A stretch of 64,000 nt of DNA, taken from Bryobacterales bacterium. Lineage in GTDB: Bacteria; Acidobacteriota; Terriglobia; Bryobacterales; UBA6623. The notes under the pieces are model-generated. The model saw only the letters and a list, made by a program, of their open reading frames with translations, searched no databases and was not told where the DNA came from. Shown one piece after another: positions 56,779-64,000 of the stretch. The position numbers were made by a program, and so were the translations under genes. Location: positions 171,557-235,556 of the forward strand of contig CBDFJA010000003.1 of the NCBI GenBank assembly GCA_965248365.1. The letters run 5' to 3'. Position 1 is the first letter of the stretch. Every line of letters begins with the position of its first letter.

Positions 56779-58035
56779 TTGTCGAAGGGTGATCCGGCTG
56801 CTCCGGAACACGGCGCCTGGGTGGCCCCGTCCGGCGCGGGGTGCACGGTTCTCACGGAGTTCCCGCCGATGGTGATCAGAGGCTTGGCTTTCACACGTTG
56901 GGTGGCAAGTTGGGCTGGGACGATTCTGTTCATCGCGGCCGGCCTGCCCATCCAGTCGCCGGGGCAGAACCCCGCCGGGAAACGGCCCAACTCCCCACTG
57001 CCCGATACGAATTCGACGTTGCGCCTCGAGGTGAGCGAACCGCGCGGCGTGGCCGTCAGTCGAGAAGCCCACTACGGATTCCCTCGGTTGGTTCGAGCGA
57101 AGAACGGCGGCCTGCTTCTGTTTTACCGCGTCGGCACGACTCATGCCAGGGACTACTCTGCCATCGCCATGCGCGCCTCGGACGATGACGGGGCTAGTTG
57201 GTCGCCGGAACGAATTCTTCACCGCGACCCCGACAAAGGACGGAGCGCTCACAATCCCGTGGCCCTGGTCACGCGCTCGGGGCGCGTGCTCTTGTGGACG
57301 TCCAGCTTCGGATTTCAAGAACGGCCGGTAAAGAAGGACCGTTGCTATTGGGCTTGGTCGGATGATCACGGCCGGACCTGGTCAGACTTCACCGTATTCG
57401 ACAGCGATCCGACGCGAGGCACCTACTATGTCCCCGACGCCATTCTCGCCGGTAACGGCATCCTCGCCGGCGGAATCACCTTCCCTCCCAATGGCGTCGG
57501 CAATGCTTACACGCTGATATGGCGTTCCAGTGATGACGGTCGGACGTGGTCGGTGCGGTCGATGTTGACGCTGCCCAGCGAAAACCTCGGTGACGAAGTC
57601 ACGCTGATGGAAACCGAGCCGGAGACGATCCTCTGTCTGCTACGGGCGAGACTACAACCCGGGGTAACCCACAAGAAGGCCATCTACCGGCTCTGGTCAG
57701 AGGACGGGGGCCGGAGTTGGTCTCGGCGGGAAAACATCTACTCGATGCTAGGTTGCATCCTGCAGCGGCCGTTTCTTACCCGGCTCGACGGCTCTACTCT
57801 ATTGCTGTCGGGACGGGATTTCGCTCGCCGAAAGATTGTCGCCTACGTCTCGATTGATAACGGCGGGACGTTCGGCCATCGCCGTGAGGTGGACTATTTC
57901 ACCGGGGACGGTGGTTACACCTCCGTGGTGCGCCTATCCTCGCGCCGGGCTTTGATGGCCTATTACTCAGACAGCAACTCCGCAGACTCGAAACCGGATA
58001 TCAAGCAGGTGTGGCTCACGCTCTCCTCACGATAG
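56779..58035 (+). CDS. BNR-repeat exo-alpha-sialidase-like glycoside hydrolase
   Basis: Four or five Asp-box motifs (SDDDGASWS, SDDHGRTWS, SDDGRTWS, SEDGGRSWS, IDNGGTFG). The real start is probably the internal Met of MVIRGLAFT... (about 56869), ahead of a signal or TM segment. Confidence 0.8.
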   Translation: MSKGDPAAPEHGAWVAPSGAGCTVLTEFPPMVIRGLAFTRWVASWAGTILFIAAGLPIQSPGQNPAGKRPNSPLPDTNSTLRLEVSEPRGVAVSREAHYGFPRLVRAKNGGLLLFYRVGTTHARDYSAIAMRASDDDGASWSPERILHRDPDKGRSAHNPVALVTRSGRVLLWTSSFGFQERPVKKDRCYWAWSDDHGRTWSDFTVFDSDPTRGTYYVPDAILAGNGILAGGITFPPNGVGNAYTLIWRSSDDGRTWSVRSMLTLPSENLGDEVTLMETEPETILCLLRARLQPGVTHKKAIYRLWSEDGGRSWSRRENIYSMLGCILQRPFLTRLDGSTLLLSGRDFARRKIVAYVSIDNGGTFGHRREVDYFTGDGGYTSVVRLSSRRALMAYYSDSNSADSKPDIKQVWLTLSSR

Positions 58036-58089
58036 GCGCGGAGCGTTCCAACGATGATGTCGGCCAAGGAAGTCGGGCCGCGGAATTAA

Positions 58090-58470
58090 TTAACCCGCCT
58101 TTTTCGCCACCCGAGGGCCGAACTGGTGGGAGTTCTCGCGAGCTGCTGGTCGCAACTCTTGGTCGAGGAAGGCCAGCTCGCCGGAAGGTGGACTGATATG
58201 ATTCTCGTGCCACCTCACGAGGGATTCAAGGTCCGCGGAGTCTTCACGATCTTGTCGGGCCGCGGGCCTGCGGCGGCGCCGTTTCCTCGGTTTCGCTCCA
58301 AGGAGCAGGAATGGGAGGCTCACGGCGATCAACGCCAGGCCCGCTGCGCCTCCACTCCAGCCCCACCAGCCTCGCGACCCGTCCAAAACGTGAAGCAAGA
58401 ATACCGTCCCCGCGCCGATGCACGGCAGGGCCACCAGCAGACTGGTCCAGGCTAGGAGGCGACGAAACAC
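58090..58470 (-). CDS. Hypothetical membrane protein
   Basis: Two TM helices followed by an Arg-rich stretch. The 3' end overlaps a MITE TIR-like sequence, so the C-terminus is doubtful. Confidence 0.3.
   Translation of the reverse strand: MFRRLLAWTSLLVALPCIGAGTVFLLHVLDGSRGWWGWSGGAAGLALIAVSLPFLLLGAKPRKRRRRRPAARQDREDSADLESLVRWHENHISPPSGELAFLDQELRPAARENSHQFGPRVAKKAG
58093..58123. repeat. Solo degenerate MITE-194 TIR (right-TIR type), preceded by TA
   Basis: acccgcctttttcgccacccgagggccgaac. Confidence 0.45.
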
Positions 58471-58623
58471 GATAATTGACTTCCCAAAAGAGTGAGTGTT
58501 TTCGAGTGCGACTTGATTCTAAGCTAGCACCAAGGCCTATTCTTGCCTCTAAAGACGGCCCCTGAATCTTACTTGGAATGAGACTTAGGACGTTATCTCT
58601 CACGTACTACTGTCTTTCCCCTA

Positions 58624-58651
58624 GCCCGCTTGTCTCGCCACGTGGCGAGGC
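58624..58651. repeat. Solo MITE-194 TIR (left-TIR type), preceded by TA
   Basis: gcccgcttgtctcgccacgtggcgaggc, containing the palindrome ctcgccacgtggcgag. Confidence 0.55.
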
Positions 58652-58741
58652 TAACCCCAATACTGTTCGCTTAGCGTTTTTTCCCATCCAGAAACCGGCT
58701 TCAAGCATGTAGGGGCACGGCATGCCGTGCCCGAGGTCGCT

Positions 58742-58811
58742 GAGCGGCGCGCGCCTTGTACTGACGGGCCTCTCACGCACTGCGCCTCGCCACCTGGTGA
58801 GAAGAGCGGGC
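58742..58811 (-). repeat. MITE-194 left-half fragment
   Basis: gagcggcgcgcgccttgtactgacgggcctctcacgcactgcgcctcgccacctggtgagaagagcgggc, then TA. Confidence 0.7.
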
Positions 58812-58862
58812 TAACTGTGTATTTCAGGTCTGGGGCATTCCTTACCGCGCCCCTGGCTCGCT

Positions 58863-59267
58863 ATGATGTTGCCTATGGTCGAACCTGGGATCTCACTCGA
58901 ACGAAGGATCGTCGTCACTGAGGAAGACGCCATCACTTTTTTGGGGACCGATGTGAAGCCGTCGCTGGCGACGCCGGCGATGATCGCCAGAATGGAAATC
59001 ACGGCCCACGACGCCGTACAGCCTCACCTCGAAGAAGGCCAGGACACCGTGGGTACCCGCGTGAACGTCGAACACCTGGCTGCGACCCCGCTGGGTGCCG
59101 AGGTAACCTACGACGCCAAGCTCGCGGCGGTCGACGGACGGCGGCTGACGTTCGAGGTCGAAGCCTCCGATCAACGGGAAGTCGTCGGCCGTGGCACGCA
59201 CGAGCGATTCATTATCGATGTCGAGCGGTTCGCCGCCGGCTTGAGGAAAAAATTCGGACAGCCCTGA
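58863..59267 (+). CDS. Hotdog-fold thioesterase (fluoroacetyl-CoA-thioesterase-like family)
   Basis: 134 aa: ...VVTEEDAITFLG...LATPAMIARMEITAHDAV...GTRVNVEHLAATPLGAEV...GRGTHERFII. Confidence 0.7.
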   Translation: MMLPMVEPGISLERRIVVTEEDAITFLGTDVKPSLATPAMIARMEITAHDAVQPHLEEGQDTVGTRVNVEHLAATPLGAEVTYDAKLAAVDGRRLTFEVEASDQREVVGRGTHERFIIDVERFAAGLRKKFGQP

Positions 59268-60022
59268 TGAAACAAGCTGAACACTTACCGACTCCGTTGG
59301 CGGGTTGGCGAACAACGAGGTCTCCCGCAAGTGCATCGACCGAGTCGGGCGGTCCGACCCTCAATCGCTTCAGCCGCCTGAGCGTGTGGCTGATACTCGC
59401 AGCCTGGGCGCTTGGGGTGAACCTCCTGGCGGCCCAACCGAGCCATCGGCCGAAGACTCTCGGTCCAAAGTGGGTCTCCTTGTTCAATGGCAACGATCTC
59501 GGCGGATGGCGCGAAGTCGGTCGAGAAAAATGGACTGTCGAAGACGGCGCCATCTACGGCATGGGGGTGACGGACGAATACGGCTACCTGGCCACCGAAA
59601 AAACCTACAAAGACTTTCACCTTTTCTTGCGCTTCAAATGTGAAGCCGACGGCAATAGCGGCGTCTACCTGCACACCGAGTTCGACGGCGATACGCCGAA
59701 AATCACCGCCGGGCGCCAGATCGAGATCGACCGCCGCGTCGGTCATCACACGGGCGGCATCTACGGCGACGGCAAGGGTTGGATCGTCTGGCCCGCGCCC
59801 GAACTCGAAACCGTCATCAAACCCTACGACTGGAACGATCTCTTGATTAAGGTGGAAGGCAACCGCTACCGGACCTACCTAAACAGCGTCCGGATGATTG
59901 ACTATACCTACCCCTCGCCGGGTTCGACCGAAGGCGTCATCGCACTTCAGTTGCATTCGGGCGGCGAAGGCCGCATGCGGTTCAAGGACATTTGGGTACG
60001 CGATTTGACCGTCGGTAGATGA
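59267..60022 (+). CDS. DUF1080 (3-keto-disaccharide hydrolase-like) domain protein
   Basis: WVSLFNGNDLGGW...WTVEDGAIYG...YKDFHLFLRFK...NSGVYL...IALQLHSGGEGRMRFKDIWVRDL. The start overlaps the upstream stop (TGATG). Confidence 0.8.
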   Translation: MKQAEHLPTPLAGWRTTRSPASASTESGGPTLNRFSRLSVWLILAAWALGVNLLAAQPSHRPKTLGPKWVSLFNGNDLGGWREVGREKWTVEDGAIYGMGVTDEYGYLATEKTYKDFHLFLRFKCEADGNSGVYLHTEFDGDTPKITAGRQIEIDRRVGHHTGGIYGDGKGWIVWPAPELETVIKPYDWNDLLIKVEGNRYRTYLNSVRMIDYTYPSPGSTEGVIALQLHSGGEGRMRFKDIWVRDLTVGR

Positions 60023-60279
60023 GAGCACATCGAGAGGTCGAGGCTACCCAGACTCAACGCGGGAAGATACCGGAAGCGATGAGAATCCTCTGAACCTATA
60101 ACCCGCGGGGTGTTTGGGGCTGCGCGGCGCTTGGTGCGTCTCGCGGGCGGCTGCTGGCGCCGCCGCGGCATCAGTCGGCAACCCTTCCACTCGGCGGGAG
60201 CGTAGGCAAATGCCCGCCGTCACGGGACAGGGCGCGATTCATCGCGCCCGCTTGCTCAGGAGGCCGTCGGCTTGATGTT

Positions 60280-61635
60280 CTAATTCACGCGAAACAGATT
60301 GGCCGGGTCGTACTTGTTCTTGATAGCGACCAGACGGTCGTAGTTGTCGCCGTAGGTTGCCTGGACGCGCTCCTGTCCCTCGTCCATCATGAAGTTCACG
60401 TACGCCCCGCCGGCCGAGTGGGGATGCAGCGCCTCCCAGTAGTCCTTGGTCCAGGGGATGATGCGGTCATTGTTGGCCGGGTCGGGGTCCACGCCGACGA
60501 TCACCTCCGCCCAATTCGCATCACGATAGGCCCAAGCAGTCTCGTCGTTGCCGACCCTGTGGGTAGCTCCGTTGATCGGATACAGGTGCATCGATGACTG
60601 CATCGTCGGCATCTCGGAACCGTGCTTGACGTGGGGTGCGATCGCCTCATCACTCAACTCGTTGACGAAATCTGCCCGCCAGTACCACTGGTGGCCCGGC
60701 GGGTACAGTCCATCGAACATGCTTTGGAGCACAGGATGCGGCATTGGACCCACTAGATCCAAGGCAGGCGGCCCGAAACCACGAATCGGCTTGAACACTT
60801 CTTCCGCTTGGTCGAGGGGTCCCGTGTAGCACCAAACGACCCCGCACATCTTCTTGTTGTGCAGATGCTCGGGAAATGGCGGGCCGGGCGGCACAGTCAA
60901 GAACGCAAAGAAGCCGTTGACATCGTCCGGCGCGTTGGGAGAAAACTCTCGGTACCACTGCATTACTTCGGTCGCCTGCTCGAGATCCCAAAGTATGGGA
61001 CCGGCATAGACGGTGCTGATCGGGTGCGAGCGAAACAGGAAAGAGGTGACCACGCCAAAGTTGCCCCCGCCGCCGCGAATCGCCCAGTAGGGGTCTTCGT
61101 TTTCGTCGGGGCCGGCGGTGACAAAACTCCCATCGGCGAGCACGAGATCGGCGGCCAGCAGATTGTCGATGGTCAGGCCGCACTTCCGGGTGAGATGGCC
61201 GATTCCGCCTCCCAGGGTCAGCCCGCCGACGCCAGTGGTCGAAATAATGCCGGTAGGCGTGGCCAGCCCGAAAGGGTGCGTGGCGTGGTCGACGTCGCCC
61301 CAGGTGCAGCCGCCGCCTACACGGACGGTACTTGCCCTAGGGTCAACTCGGGTGTACTTGATCCCCGAGAGATCAATGACCAGCCCGTCATCGCATATCC
61401 CCAGGCCCGCGCCGTTGTGGCCGCCCCCTCGAACGGCGGTCAGCATATTGTTTTCCCGCCCGAAATTGACGGCGGTTATCACGTCCGCCACATCCGCGCA
61501 ACGCGCGATCAAGGCGGGTCGACGGTCGATCATCGCGTTGTAGACCGTCCGCGCATCGTCATAGCCGCCGTCGCCGGGCTGGATGAGTCCACCCCGTAGG
61601 CCGCTCTTGAGGTCTTCTACCGTTGTTTGAGCCAC
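60280..61635 (-). CDS. FAD-linked oxidase with a berberine-bridge-enzyme-like C-terminus
   Basis: FAD_binding_4 motifs (AVRGGGHN, GGGCTWGDVD, PTGIISTTGVGGLTLGGGIGHL) and a BBE-like tail (YVNFM...YGDNYDRLVAIKNKYDPANLFRVN). Confidence 0.85.
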   Translation of the reverse strand: MAQTTVEDLKSGLRGGLIQPGDGGYDDARTVYNAMIDRRPALIARCADVADVITAVNFGRENNMLTAVRGGGHNGAGLGICDDGLVIDLSGIKYTRVDPRASTVRVGGGCTWGDVDHATHPFGLATPTGIISTTGVGGLTLGGGIGHLTRKCGLTIDNLLAADLVLADGSFVTAGPDENEDPYWAIRGGGGNFGVVTSFLFRSHPISTVYAGPILWDLEQATEVMQWYREFSPNAPDDVNGFFAFLTVPPGPPFPEHLHNKKMCGVVWCYTGPLDQAEEVFKPIRGFGPPALDLVGPMPHPVLQSMFDGLYPPGHQWYWRADFVNELSDEAIAPHVKHGSEMPTMQSSMHLYPINGATHRVGNDETAWAYRDANWAEVIVGVDPDPANNDRIIPWTKDYWEALHPHSAGGAYVNFMMDEGQERVQATYGDNYDRLVAIKNKYDPANLFRVN

Positions 61636-61693
61636 GGTCTCCCTCCGGACTCTATTTCTTTATCACACTCATTTGACGAGAACCAGGCTGCAA

Positions 61694-61861
61694 ACCCGCA
61701 TTTCTCACGACGGTCTTCGTAGGTGAGGCGAATGGCTCGCTGGCCATGGCTCGCGGCAACGGTTTGTGTACGTCGTCCCAGTACACCACGTTGCCGAGCG
61801 GTGCTGCCTCGCACGGACGGTCTTCTCACAAACTTCGCCTCGCCACGTGGTGAGAAAAGCG
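61694..61861 (-). repeat. Degenerate MITE-194 copy (about 168 bp)
   Basis: acccgcatttctcacgacggtcttcg... to ...cacaaacttcgcctcgccacgtggtgagaaaagcg, followed by TA. The interior retains gccgagcgg. Confidence 0.6.
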
Positions 61862-61921
61862 TAGATAAACGAAATAAGGTGACGATTGCCGCCACCTCCC
61901 GGCCGAATCTTTCCTTGTCGC

Positions 61922-63379
61922 CTAACCGACCCAAAAGTCCGCGATGGGCCGACCCTTGACCAGTACGCGCGGCTGGTTCAAGTGGTTCAGGATCTCTTGT
62001 TCCGGGTCGATGCCCAACGCGTAGTAGACGGTCGCCAACAAATCGTTCGGGTGGACGGGCTTCTCTTTCGGAGACGCGGCCGTGGCGTCGGATTCCCCGT
62101 AAATCCTGCCGCCGGGGATGCCGGCGCCGGCGATCATGGCTGTGTAGCAATAGGGCCAGTGGTCGCGGCCGTCGGGCGAATTGGTGTTCCCCGATGTGCT
62201 GACTCCCAACCGCGGCGAGCGACCGAACTCACCGACGGCGACGACCAGAGTCTCGTCCAGCAGGCCGCGCTCCGACATGTCGCCGAGCAGCGCCGAGAGT
62301 GTCTGGTCCAGGACTGGGCAGTGAAGGTTCTTAAGGGGACCGAAGTTCGCCGCGTGAGTGTCCCAGGCGTCGATCTCCGGATTGCCGTTGGCCACGGCCG
62401 GCCAGTTCAACTGCACGAACCGCGTGCCGGCTTCGATCAGGCGACGGGACATCAGCGCCCCCTGGCCGAAGGTGGTTCGCCCGTAGCGCTGCCTCGTCTC
62501 GTCGGACTCCTTTTCAAGGTCGAAGGCGTCGCGAGCTTTGCCGGAAAGCACCAAGTCGAACGCCTTCTCGTAGTACTTGTCGAGGGCTTGGGGTTCGACC
62601 GCTTTCTCGAGGTCCTTCATGGAGTTGTTGATCCCCTTGAGCAGCTCGAAGCGGTCCTCGAGCCGCTGCGACGGGGTCTCTCGCCTGAGCGCGAGGTCGT
62701 CCAGCTTGATCCGCTTATTGGGATCTTGATAAAGCCGATAGGGATCGTATTCCTTGCCGATAAATCCGGCGGCACCGCCCTTGCCGATCACACTCGACTC
62801 CTGCAAGGGACGCGGCATCTCGACAAACGGGAGAACCGGCCCGTCGGGCGGTATCATCTTGCTGATCCAAGACCCTGCCGTCGGAAAATCGATCGGCGAG
62901 GGCGGTTCCAGTTGGCCCGAAGGAGACACCTTGTCGGGGGGATATCCGGTCAGCATTTGGTAGATCGCCGCCGTGTGATTGAACAGCCCCTTCGGCGTGT
63001 AGCTCATCGAGCGGATCAAGGTGCACTTGTCGATCGAGGAGGCCAGCTTCGGCATCGTCTCGCTCAGCCAAATGCCGGGCACCTTGCTCTTAATGGGTTT
63101 GAACTCGCCGCGGACGTTCGACGGCGCGTCGGGCTTGGGATCCCAAATGTCGATGTGACTGGGGCCACCCTGCAAAAACAGCAGCAACACGGACTTAGCG
63201 GAACCAAACCCCTGCGCCCCCTGAAAACGCGGAGCCGACGCAGCGGCCTTCGCCACATCCTGCAACGCAAGGACCTGCGAGAGCTTCATGCCCAGCAGCC
63301 CGAGTGAGCCGACCTGCAGGAAATTGCGTCGGGATACGCCGTCACACGTCGCGCCGAAACGACCTGGAATCGTCAGCAT
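61922..63379 (-). CDS. DUF1501 domain protein (sulfatase-like fold) with a twin-arginine signal
   Basis: SRRNFLQVGSLGLLG Tat motif. FLQGGPSHIDIWDPKP...WDTH...GEFGRSPR...GRDHW pattern typical of DUF1501. Confidence 0.85.
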   Translation of the reverse strand: MLTIPGRFGATCDGVSRRNFLQVGSLGLLGMKLSQVLALQDVAKAAASAPRFQGAQGFGSAKSVLLLFLQGGPSHIDIWDPKPDAPSNVRGEFKPIKSKVPGIWLSETMPKLASSIDKCTLIRSMSYTPKGLFNHTAAIYQMLTGYPPDKVSPSGQLEPPSPIDFPTAGSWISKMIPPDGPVLPFVEMPRPLQESSVIGKGGAAGFIGKEYDPYRLYQDPNKRIKLDDLALRRETPSQRLEDRFELLKGINNSMKDLEKAVEPQALDKYYEKAFDLVLSGKARDAFDLEKESDETRQRYGRTTFGQGALMSRRLIEAGTRFVQLNWPAVANGNPEIDAWDTHAANFGPLKNLHCPVLDQTLSALLGDMSERGLLDETLVVAVGEFGRSPRLGVSTSGNTNSPDGRDHWPYCYTAMIAGAGIPGGRIYGESDATAASPKEKPVHPNDLLATVYYALGIDPEQEILNHLNQPRVLVKGRPIADFWVG

Positions 63380-63474
63380 AGATACACCCCTTCCTTACGA
63401 GCTTCCATGCGTACCTATTATAGGACAACTCTACATCAAGGCGATCGCGAAAATCTTGGCTATGATGAACTGAT

Positions 63475-64000
63475 ATGTCGCCTCTTCGAGTGCTCGTCGT
63501 GTTCGGCACCCGTCCCGAGGCGATTAAGCTTTGTGTCCTCATCCGGCGCCTTCAGGAGCTTCCCGAATCGTTCACCGTCCGCACCTGTGTAACCGCCCAG
63601 CACCGCTCCATGCTGGACCAAGTGCTCGAGGCTTTCGAGGTCACCCCGGACCGGGATCTGAACCTCATGAAGCCGGCCCAGTCGCTGTTTGACGTGACAA
63701 CGGCAACCTTAAGAGGTCTGGAGCGGGTTCTTGCCGAAGAGCAGCCGGACATGGTTCTCGTACAGGGAGATACGACGACGACGTTTGCGGCAGCTTTGGC
63801 CGCTTTCTACGCCAGGACGCCTGTGGGCCACGTCGAAGCCGGTCTGCGGACAGACGACGTCCGCCGTCCGTTCCCGGAAGAGATGAACCGAACGCTCACC
63901 AGCCGCCTGAGCCGCCTCCATTTCACCCCTACTGAGCGTGCCGCACAAAACCTGCGACGGGAGGGGATCGGCGAGCAATCCATCTTCGTCACGGGGAATA
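63475..64000 (+). CDS. wecB: UDP-N-acetylglucosamine 2-epimerase, N-terminal part (runs off the window)
   Basis: Not in the ORF track because there is no stop in the window. MSPLRVLVVFGTRPEAIKL...TAQHRSMLDQVL...VQGDTTTTFAAALAAFY...GHVEAGLRT...PFPEEMNR. Confidence 0.85.
   Translation, partial: MSPLRVLVVFGTRPEAIKLCVLIRRLQELPESFTVRTCVTAQHRSMLDQVLEAFEVTPDRDLNLMKPAQSLFDVTTATLRGLERVLAEEQPDMVLVQGDTTTTFAAALAAFYARTPVGHVEAGLRTDDVRRPFPEEMNRTLTSRLSRLHFTPTERAAQNLRREGIGEQSIFVTGN

Noticed and set aside
61886-63307. Long antisense ORFs opposite well-supported genes (473 aa opposite DUF1501, 25673-26458 opposite prfA, 22899-23696 opposite the LolA-like gene, 36069-37205 opposite the LuxR gene)
   Set aside because: The opposite strand carries clear family motifs. 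The antisense products are low-complexity Arg/Gly/Pro-rich, typical of high-GC shadow ORFs.

Overview
No convincing new multi-gene system (defence, secretion or metabolic) turned up. The novelty is in the mobile DNA, mainly a compact 194-bp MITE-like repeat.

The window is a GC-rich bacterial chromosomal segment. DUF1501, DUF1080, BNR-sialidase and sulfatase-like genes hint at an Acidobacteria- or Planctomycetes-type soil bacterium (inference only).

By my hand tally about one third of the window (roughly 22-23 kb) is insertion-sequence DNA:
- 2 IS481-family copies.
- 5 full and 2 partial IS4-family copies.
- 4 copies of one IS3-family element (called IS3-A here), and 1 copy of a second IS3-family element (IS3-B) nested inside one of them.
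- 4 IS630-family copies: 2 full, 1 internal-deletion derivative, 1 truncated.
- 1 IS1380-family element.
- Remnants of IS110-like and other transposases.

The elements are nested in each other in both directions, for example IS4 inside IS3-A and IS3-A inside IS4. At least a dozen host genes are split, truncated or carry nonsense or frameshift lesions.

Intact gene islands:
- yggS plus a glycosyltransferase.
- ECF sigma, zinc anti-sigma and Crp.
- nadC.
- DUF1385-prfA-prmC followed by tatA-tatC.
- An IlvD/Edd dehydratase.
- A decayed vapBC pair.
- BNR sialidase, thioesterase and DUF1080.
- FAD/BBE oxidase and DUF1501, then the start of wecB.

I saw no rRNA, tRNA or CRISPR array.

Most interesting observations:
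- The MITE-like repeat has ~37-bp TIRs and TA flanks, with 4 full and about 9 partial copies. It sits just after stop codons and acts as a landing pad for three different IS families.
- The IS481-family transposase has no stop codon of its own and terminates on the TAG of its CTAG target.
- There are clear -1 frameshift signals in IS3-A, IS3-B and, less expectedly, the IS630-family element.
- There are odd IS architectures: a terminal tandem duplication in IS3-B, and two IS4 copies abutting with only one target duplication between them.

All coordinates were counted by hand and may be off by 1-2 nt.
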